A model generated the notes under the pieces. The model was not told where the DNA came from. It ran no database searches and saw only the letters and a program-made list of their open reading frames with translations. A program made the position numbers and the translations under genes. Of a DNA stretch of 29,864 nt, positions 21,875 to 29,864 are shown piece after piece. Each line of letters begins with the position of its first letter. Positions within the stretch are counted from its first letter, which is position 1. This DNA comes from Zygnema circumcarinatum SAG 698-1b (Eukaryota; Plantae; Zygnematophyceae). The stretch covers positions 1 through 29,864 of the forward strand of contig JBBHKD010000020.1 of NCBI GenBank assembly GCA_037447605.1, written 5' to 3'.

Positions 21875-22759
21875 CTAAACTCCTCTTCCGCTAGAGGCTC
21901 CATTTCCTGCTCTAGAACTCCTTGAACTGCTCCGGCAATCCTTGGCAAGATGTCCAGGTTTTCCACAATTGTAACATGATGCCTGCTGGACCTGACCTGT
22001 GCGTCCTCGTCCAAACGATGGACCTCCACGGAAGGCACCCCCTCTTGCTCCACGATCTCTACCTCTGTAGTTAGTTGCGTAGGCTTCCACCTGTTCTCCT
22101 CCATCTTCATCTCCGCTTTGATTGTCGAAGGCCTCACTAGTCTGAGGCCTATGACCTATGAACTTCTAAAACCTCTGCTTATTGTTCTGCTTAGACTCTG
22201 CTGCCCTTAAAATAGCTTTCACTGACTCTACATCGCTCAACTGTTGAGTTTTTATGTTGCCGACATCTCTGGAGGCTCTCTCTTCACAACACCGTAAGAT
22301 CGTATGGATCTGTTGTTCCTCCGAGATAGTTCCCCCTACATCCTCATACTGCCTTACCAGAACTTCAAATCTTAAAATAAACTCATCTATTGACTCTTTC
22401 CTTGATAGACTTAAGGTCGTCAATTCTGTGCAGAGGGAATTTTTCACGGCTATAAACTTCTTCAAATAAATCTCCTTTCGCTTGTCCCACATCTCCTTTG
22501 CAGTATCCTTGCCCCCTAGCAGAATAAGATGCTTCTTATCTACTAGGCTAGCAATCTGATATTTTGCCTCATCATCTAATTCTTGCCATTTCTCCAACTC
22601 TGGTCCTGCCGCCGCTGGTTTAGCAGATGTACCTTCAACGATTTTCCAGCATCCTTTCTTCTGCAGCTTGATCTTGGCGAATATCTCCCATGCTGCATAG
22701 TTAGTTCCATCGAAGAATATCTTTCCTTCATCACTCCGCTTACTCATTTTCGATCTCAC
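21875..22759 (-). pseudogene. gag: Copia-B Gag with one in-frame TAG (22166-22168)
   Basis: ORFs 22166-22759 and 21875-22090 are in the same frame, with no other stop between them. Confidence 0.8.
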
Positions 22760-23332
22760 TCAGAATCACTCACTTGCTTACTCACTTGCTCTCTCAATAA
22801 ATTATCAACCAGCTTTCTCACTCAGCTCTGATACCACATTGTGACAGAAGAAAACACAATCAAGCTTGATGCACAAAACACATGGTCTCACAGGATCAGC
22901 ACATAACTCATAAGCACTTCTTTATTTCATCAGGGGGCCTCAATACAAATTCTCCTCTCTTCTCTCTTCCTCTGTTCTACATCTGCGCAGCGGTACTTTT
23001 CTACTCACTGTCAATGCTTCCAAAATTCTCCTTTCTAAATCCTCCTTCCTGAGCGTCATACATTTCCGACGCTTCGCCTGACATTTCTCCTCCGCCTGAC
23101 ACTTACTCTTCCTGCACAGACCTTCCTGAACTCTCTCACACGCGCAGTCTCTTTTGCCCGTACACATTCCGTACAATGTCCGTACACGTGTCCTTACACC
23201 TGTCCGTACAGGGGGTCCTCGTCATATTTTCCACCTTCAACAGTGCGTCACCAATAAATTCGCACCGATTTTGCCGAAACCACCTTTTTGTACGGTAACT
23301 TCGTGTTAGCCGTACTATTCGTACTATCCGTA

Positions 23333-23369
23333 CCCTAAAAACCCTGAAACCCTAAAAACCCTAAAACCC
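23333..23369. repeat. Interstitial telomere-like tract (CCCTAAAAA, CCCTGAAA, CCCTAAAAA, CCCTAAAA, CCC)
   Basis: Direct reading; variants of plant/algal TTTAGGG/TTTTAGGG. Confidence 0.65.
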
Positions 23370-24037
23370 GTACTAGCCGTACTAACCGTACTAACCGTAC
23401 TAACCGTACTAACCGTACTAGCCGTACTAGCTGTACTAGCCGTTACGGGTTACGCAAAACTTCACCTAATCTCCCCGCACGTGCCGCCGTAGGAGGCGCT
23501 CGCTCTTCTCCCCTTCTTTTTGGCTTCGATACGATACGATACTCCCCGATACAGTACTATCCGTACTAACAATACAGTGGGGGGTCCTCGTATTTACCAC
23601 CCCAAAGAATGCGTCCTCAATATTTTCGCCCCAATTTTGCCGAAACCACTTTTTTGTACGGTAACTTGTGTTAGCCGTACTATTCGTACTATCCGTACTA
23701 TCCGTACTGTCCGTACTGTCCGGCGCTCGCTCTTCTCCCCGTCTTCTTGACTTCGATACGATACGATACAATATTATACGGTCGATACGATACGAAACTC
23801 CCCGATACGGTACTATCCGTACTAGCCGTACGAGCTGTAGTAGCCGTTACGGGCTCGAATTTAAACTCTCCGAATTTTCCCGCCCTTGCCGCCGCGAGAG
23901 GCGCTCGCTCCTCTCCTCTTCTTCTTGGCTTTGGCTTTGTCTTGCTGCTGCAAGCTCATCAACACACACAGTACACACACACACACACAGATCACACAGT
24001 ACATCCACCATCAAAAGAAGGCGGCACGATCTCTTTT

Positions 24038-26333
24038 ATGCGCTTATACCATGGAGGAGGAAAATCCAACAGTGAAGGAGGCAGCACCACCGCGGAGGTG
24101 CTGAGGGAGATACGAACGCTCCTGCCACCTGGAAGCGACACTCGATATCGAACAGCTCAGGTTGCGCTGGCTTACATTCGTAATCTTCTCTCTACTTCAT
24201 CTCGTCATCGATTTGAAGTGTACGACCCACCAGGTGATGGCCACTGTGTCCTTCGGTGCGTAGTAGCTTCCCAATTCGGGTTTGAGAGGAGCAAAGACAC
24301 GGACACTATTTGGGAATTGAGGTCGAAAATCAGCGAAGTTCTTTGTGCCAATGTGGAGTCGTTCCTTGATGATGGAAGCTTAGACATCATGTTGCTGGAG
24401 ACAGATCTGTCTCTGGTTATTGATAACTTAGACGCGGATGAGAAGAAAATGTTATGGGGCTTATATTGTGACGAGTTCAAGGAGCAGTACCCGGACCACC
24501 AACCTCTGTATGCAGGCCATGCATCACTTCTTGCCATTAAGTACTTCATTTTCCCAGAGAAGTGGATAGTGTTTGTGAGTACACAGATTAAAGGCGGTCA
24601 ATCAGAAGATTCTTCATATCTTATTGGCTCTACAATGGTAATGCAAGATGAATCAGAGTTGGTTGATGACTGTAATCTAGTACTTTTACTTTATATAGAC
24701 TCCATTCAGCATGCGTGTCTTATCTATGAGGTGACGACTGACGAGAATGGTGGAGCAGTCGAGCCACAAAGCACTTCTCATCAAGAACAAACGAAGACTG
24801 TCCCTCAAACTCTTCCAGGCATTTGGTCATATAGTGCGAAGAGCACCTTCTTCAATGGCACCATCAGACGTCAGAGAGAAAGGAAGGCGAAGGTGGTGCT
24901 TTCACATGAGATGAAGCTGGGCCTTCTTAACGATATCAACAGATATGGTGTGTCAACTCTCTCTGTCGCAAAGAAGTACAATGTCACTCGACGCACTGTG
25001 CAGAATATGTTGAAGCGTAAAGACAAGATCATCGAAGCAACTCTGAATCCGAGAACGACAAACGCAAACACATTCTTGTGAAGCTGAAGTTTCCTACCCT
25101 TGATGCGTTGGTCCAAGCATTTGTCCAGCAACTCCGTGATCAAGGGTTCCTTATCACTTCCCGAATTATTAGAGACTTTGCGCTTGTAATGGCTACAAAC
25201 AAATCTAAGGAAACGTTTGGAAGGATATCCTTTGGAGAATATATACAATATGGACGAAACAAGGTTATTTTACCAGTTGCTTCCCAAGAAAACGTATGTT
25301 ACAATGCGTGAGGATAGAAAAAATATCAGAGGAACAAAGCAGATGAGGTCCAAGGATAGGATATCTTTATACTGTGCGACTAATGCGACTGGTACTCACA
25401 AAATACCGCTCGGTGTAATCGGCAAATCAAAGAATCCAACAGTGTTTGGTAATGGGAAGGAGGCTATCTTACGCGATTTGGGCTTGGCCTATTTTAGCCA
25501 GGCGAATGCGTGGTCCGATGGTTCTACTATGACAAGGTGGCTTCGAGAGGTCTTCCTTCCGGCTATAAAGACAAAGAAAAAGAGCGGCAGGATAGCACTT
25601 TTACTAGACAACTGTGGTCCTCACAATATGAAAGCAAAGGGAGAGAAGACCATAACGTCGAGCGATAGCCTGTCATGTGAAAAGCTGGCCTCCGTGGAGA
25701 ATGTCGATATTCTTATGCTACCTCCGAATGTGACATCCCTTCATCAACCAATGGACCAAGGAGTAATCTCCATGACAAAGAAGAACNNNNNNNNNNAAAC
25801 TCAGCTGAGTCTATTGAGAAGCTATTGCATTCATGGGTGACGATTGAAGACAACCAAGATGTAAGAGAGGCGATCGTGGAAGACTTTGTCGGAGACTTAG
25901 AGCGACAAGCACTCAAGAACTTACCATTGCAGGACCACGAGAATGATGCACAGAATCAAGAGCAACAATCAATGCTTAATGGCAACAAGGAAGAAGAGGA
26001 GGAAGGTGAAGAACTAAACGAAAAAGGAAGCGACCTCCAACATCAAACAGGCTCNNNNNNNNNNCCACTGAGCAGCTTCAACTTCCTGGCTTGGAGGAGG
26101 CTCTCTCTACCCTGAACGATTTTGATACCATGCTGAACAACATGGGAGGTCACGGGTCGAAGGCAATGCTTCATCTTAGCCAGGTAAAGCGAGACTTCAT
26201 TGGTGCTTGGCGAACGGTGAAGAGGGCGCAGACAAAGGCGAAGCCATCTCGACAAACTTTTGTTCAAGACTTCTTTACTGTTCAAGACTTCTTTACTCCT
26301 GAGGAGGAGGAGAGGCGTGAGGTTGTGATCTGA
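24038..26333 (+). pseudogene. OTU-like domain plus pogo transposase (CENP-B-type HTH, partial HTH_Tnp_Tc5, DDE_1 with DDD triad), frameshifted and gapped
   Basis: PGDGHC...LR...YAGHASLLAI...LLLY...QHA (24212-24730), then in frame VVLSHEMKLGLL...VAKKYNVTRRTVQNMLKRKDKI. Downstream frames give NIYNMDET, KDRISL, LLLDN, QPMDQGVI. Start codon and possible introns uncertain. Confidence 0.88.
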
Positions 26334-26486
26334 CGCCAGATAGAGATTAGAAATAGTCAGTGCGGTTTATGCAATGGTAGGCTATCTCCCATCACGTGGG
26401 ACTTTGTTCACATTTGTTCGGAATGTTCATCGTAGGTAGGGCTATTTTTCTCATATTCTTTCTTTGTCAACTCTTGCCTTCTCTAG

Positions 26487-26575
26487 CGCCTTAGCATTTA
26501 CTAAGGCAGCAAGACTGTCTCAGTAGCTGAGGCAGCTACTGAGGCAGTCTTGCTGCCTTAGTAAATGCTAAGGCG
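26487..26575. repeat. 43-bp near-perfect inverted repeat with a 3-nt loop
   Basis: Arms 26487-26529 and 26533-26575 differ at one position, which is a U-G pair on the + strand. Confidence 0.95.
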
Positions 26576-27764
26576 TGAGCTGCTGCTTCCATCTGTTTTT
26601 CGGTTATGTGTATGCGGTTCACCAGCTGATCTTGGCTCATGTAAGCCACCATAAGGTTGGTTGCCACATTTAGCATCTCGCAAACAACGTACCTGCTGTA
26701 CAAGTACAAGTGCAATTACAGTACAGCATATCAAGTAACGTTTGCTGTGTGTCGTGTGTGGAAATCGCCCAGTCTGCATGCAAGGTGCAAAGGAGAGAGA
26801 GAGCGAGCGAGAGAGAGAGAACGGCAGCCCTCGGCAAGGGTGCAACTAACTGCCGGTACGTTGGTTGGATGACGACAATATGTACGACAGTATATGCGTC
26901 ACGATACGTCACGATACGATACGATGCTAAATGATACAGTACGAAACAATACGATATGGTACGGTACGATACGTACGGTTCAACATGAACTCTAACATAA
27001 TACCGCCCGTCTATTCGTAACACGAACCTTATATATGCAAATTTAATATTTTCGCCTCATTTTGCCCGGAACCAGGGTGGAAAATATGAGGACCCCCTAC
27101 TGTATGACCTGTAGTAGCCGATACGGTACGATGCGGTACGATATGACAATAAACGATACGATACGATACGTACGGACATACATGAACATTAACATCATTC
27201 CGCTCGCCTATTGGTAACACGGACCTTCTGTTTGCCAAAAACAATATTTTCGCCCGGTATTTGCCGAAACCAGGTGGAAAATATGACGAGGACCCCCTGT
27301 ATAGCTTCCGTACAGTAGTCCGTACAACCCGCAGCATCATCATCTATCACAGAAGTCGCCGATGATGATGTAATCAGCCGCTGCTCGACAGCACGAACTT
27401 TCCCCGAAACGTACGCTGGAAATGACGTCTCCTACGTCATATAACGGCAATGGATGACGTTAAATTCAATCTGGGCTGTGTCGTTATTCGAACTGCTCAA
27501 ATAGGTTTTTACCACGTGTGAATTGTGTGTACGTGGCAGTTTTATATTGGTAAATTTGCATACCAAGAGGCCGCCAGCCGTGGAGGCTGTGCGCCAGGCT
27601 GACTCTTTCATCCAATGAAACGCTCCAGTTGATCACGTGGTCAGGGGCCTCCAGGATCCGAGGACTGCCATCGTGGACGTATCCTCCAATCACAGTCTGC
27701 CACGTATACATACTGTAGTGCGCCATATCCATCCATGCATACATTCCGTACAGCACGGAACACC

Positions 27765-29864
27765 CCCCCCCCCCCCTCTTAAGGGGCTGGAAAACCGAAG
27801 GCTGCCTAGAGGCTCTCTCTCTCACCCTCTCTCCCTCCCTCCCTTCCTCCCTCCCACCCTCCCTCTCCCCCACACCGCTGAGCCCCCAGCTTGTGGAGCC
27901 TCTCCGAGCCTGAACCCTAGATTATTAGCCTCCTCCTTTCTTGCATTGTCCTCTGCTTCCCATAGATGCATTCGATTACTTTTTCCGCCTCAAAAAGGGC
28001 CCATCCGGACCCATCCTGCACGCAAAAACCTCTCAAAGCTGATGCTGATTCGGGTGGTGAGTCTAAATCCAACTCAAAATTCAATTTAATTCTTAACTTT
28101 AACCATATTGATGCATCTGACCCTAGTCTTTGTTTGAATCTTACTCACGTTCATGACTGAGGCAAAGGCTATCACCGCGATCCAAACCTTGACATGAGCC
28201 CTTACCCTAAAAATATCCAAACTTGCCGCTGTGTCTAAGCTGGCCGCCGTATATCGCAATGTGGGTCTGCCAGGTGGCGATATGGAGGTGCCACGTGGCA
28301 GGCGCACAGCTGCAGCAAGTTGGGTCAAGAAGGGAGGGGAGGGAGAGGAGGAGGAGAAATTTGGCGTTGACTTTGAGTTCACCGCAGGGCCATGGTGGGC
28401 CCAGCTGGCACTCAGGCGTCGCCTTCTGCGCCACGTCATCATTAGTGGTGGGTTTGACTGCATGAAAGATGTCTGTATATTTTTCTTCAAAATGGCCAAA
28501 CTTTACATTTAAATAAAGAAAGGAAGAAAAGAAAACTTCATCTTGAAATTTGACTTCAACCTTATTTTTTCCTCCTCCCCCTTTTTTTTTGTCGTCTTTT
28601 CTCTCTGTGCAGCGATTGCGGCGTTCGCTCTGATGATGAGCTTCGCCTTCTTGTACTCCCAGCCGGCCTATCCTGAGGCGCCACGTGGCATAGGAAGCTG
28701 CCACGAAGCTTCCTCGTCGTCCATTGTAGCGGACATCGGAGCAGTGGCTTCGGACGAAAGTCGCTGCTCCCTCGTTGGAGTAAACATTCTCAAGGTCAAT
28801 TTTTTTTTTGTATAAAATACCTTAATCTATCTTATTCTATTTCATTTCAGAGCATACTTTCTTTAATACATGTTATTTCGTTCGATTGTAGTATAGTTAT
28901 GTTTTTCTTGTTGGTTTTGGATTTTTGTACTACCTCCTTTCTGTCCGTTATCCTATCCATTTTTTTGGAGAGAATCGTTTCCATGAAATGAAATGTGAGA
29001 AACCCTCCNNNNNNNNNNCCCCCCCCCCCCCCTCTTAAGGGGCTGGAAAACCGAAGGCTGCCTAGAGGCTCTCTCTCTCACCCTCTCTCCCTCCCTCCCT
29101 TCCTCCCTCCCACCCTCCCTCTCCCCCACACCGCTGAGCCCCCAGCTTGTGGAGCCTCTCCGAGCCTGAACCCTAGATTATTAGCCTCCTCCTTTCTTGC
29201 ATTGTCCTCTGCTTCCCATAGATGCATTCGATTACTTTTTCCGCCTCAAAAAGGGCCCATCCGGACCCATCCTGCACGCAAAAACCTCTCAAAGCTGATG
29301 CTGATTCGGGTGGTGAGTCTAAATCCAACTCAAAATTCAATTTAATTCTTAACTTTAACCATATTGATGCATCTGACCCTAGTCTTTGTTTGAATCTTAC
29401 TCACGTTCATGACTGAGGCAAAGGCTATCACCGCGATCCAAACCTTGACATGAGCCCTTACCCTAAAAATATCCAAACTTGCCGCTGTGTCTAAGCTGGC
29501 CGCCGTATATCGCAATGTGGGTCTGCCAGGTGGCGATATGGAGGTGCCACGTGGCAGGCGCACAGCTGCAGCAAGTTGGGTCAAGAAGGGAGGGGAGGGA
29601 GAGGAGGAGGAGAAATTTGGCGTTGACTTTGAGTTCACCGCAGGGCCATGGTGGGCCCAGCTGGCACTCAGGCGTCGCCTTCTGCGCCACGTCATCATTA
29701 GTGGTGGGTTTGACTGCATGAAAGATGTCTGTATATTTTTCTTCAAAATGGCCAAACTTTACATTTAAATAAAGAAAGGAAGAAAAGAAAACTTCATCTT
29801 GAAATTTGACTTCAACCTTATTTTTTCCTCCTCCCCCTTTTTTTTTGTCGTCTTTTCTCTCTCT
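27765..29864. repeat. Direct duplication with 1256-bp offset (27765-28606 vs 29019-29862) across a gap
   Basis: Essentially identical copies, both starting in poly-C; tandem unit or assembly overlap. Confidence 0.85.

Larger units (their letters stand above)
20171..22839 (-). mobile_element. Decayed Ty1/copia element (Copia-B) interior: PBS, Gag, PR, integrase; truncated before RT
   Basis: PBS revcomp at 22825-22836; FFDGTNYAAW, CYNCGKPGHLAKDC, WIVDNGASHHIC, LWHRRLGQ, TDNGGEL, PQQNGVAERMN, HLRVWGSRC; several frameshifts. Confidence 0.93.
23575..27102 (+). mobile_element. pogo/Tigger-like DNA transposon (inner element)
   Basis: TIRs CAGTGGGGGGTCCTCGTATTTACCACCC / CAGTAGGGGGTCCTCATATTTTCCACCC (25/28 identical); TA at 23573-23574 and 27103-27104; CCGTACTA and GATAC subterminal arrays; DDD transposase. 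Confidence 0.92.
23209..27299. mobile_element. Outer pogo-type MITE (~560 bp net: 23209-23574 plus 27105-27299)
   Basis: Perfect 28-bp TIRs CAGGGGGTCCTCGTCATATTTTCCACCT; TA at 23207-23208 and 27300-27301. Confidence 0.9.
22840..27351 (-). repeat. Copia-B 5' LTR split by the DNA-transposon nest (22840-23208 and 27302-~27351)
   Basis: LTR 3' end CA at 22840, 3 nt from the PBS; CCGTACA repeats continue on both sides of the TA insertion. The 27351 boundary (TGTGATAGATG vs TGTGACAGAAG) is tentative. Confidence 0.55.

Noticed and set aside
23370-23850. CRISPR-like array (regular short repeats)
   Set aside because: Tandem 9-bp and 5-bp units without unique spacers, inside eukaryotic transposon termini; no cas genes.
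26270-26297. 18-bp tandem duplication (FVQDFFTVQDFFT) at the transposase C-terminus
   Set aside because: Ordinary in-frame slippage with no evident significance.
26684-26865. Small MITE bounded by CAACGTACC / GGTACGTTG
   Set aside because: Only ~9-bp inverted match and no TSD.
27770-27790. piggyBac or Harbinger terminus at CTCTTAAGGGGCTGG
   Set aside because: No matching opposite TIR or transposase in the window.
27966-29768. Short ORFs in the duplicated terminal region
   Set aside because: Low-complexity, overlapping on both strands, with no recognisable domain.

Overview
Eukaryotic nuclear scaffold, most likely a green (streptophyte) alga. The S1506 group I intron plus a green-algal-type 5.8S suggest Zygnematophyceae; this is an inference. 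The window is broken by ten 10-N gaps and shows patchy, error-like noise. 1-7654 is a minus-strand 45S rDNA unit: partial 28S, ITS2, 5.8S, ITS1, 18S with a ~590-nt IC1 intron at S1506, and ETS/IGS with a duplicated candidate Pol I promoter. From 7655 on it is a nest of transposable elements. These are: two decayed Ty1/copia elements; a family of ~1.07-kb TGTTAG...CA LTRs, including a Gag+protease-only (TR-GAG-like) element in a shared-LTR tandem; two ~470-bp TRIMs whose ~130-bp LTRs are essentially tRNA-derived Pol III-type modules (one with a perfect 5-bp TSD); and a pogo-like DNA transposon nested in a related MITE, itself inserted in a copia LTR. The pogo ORF carries an in-frame N-terminal OTU-like deubiquitinase domain, which is the most unusual feature. 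No host protein-coding gene is supported.
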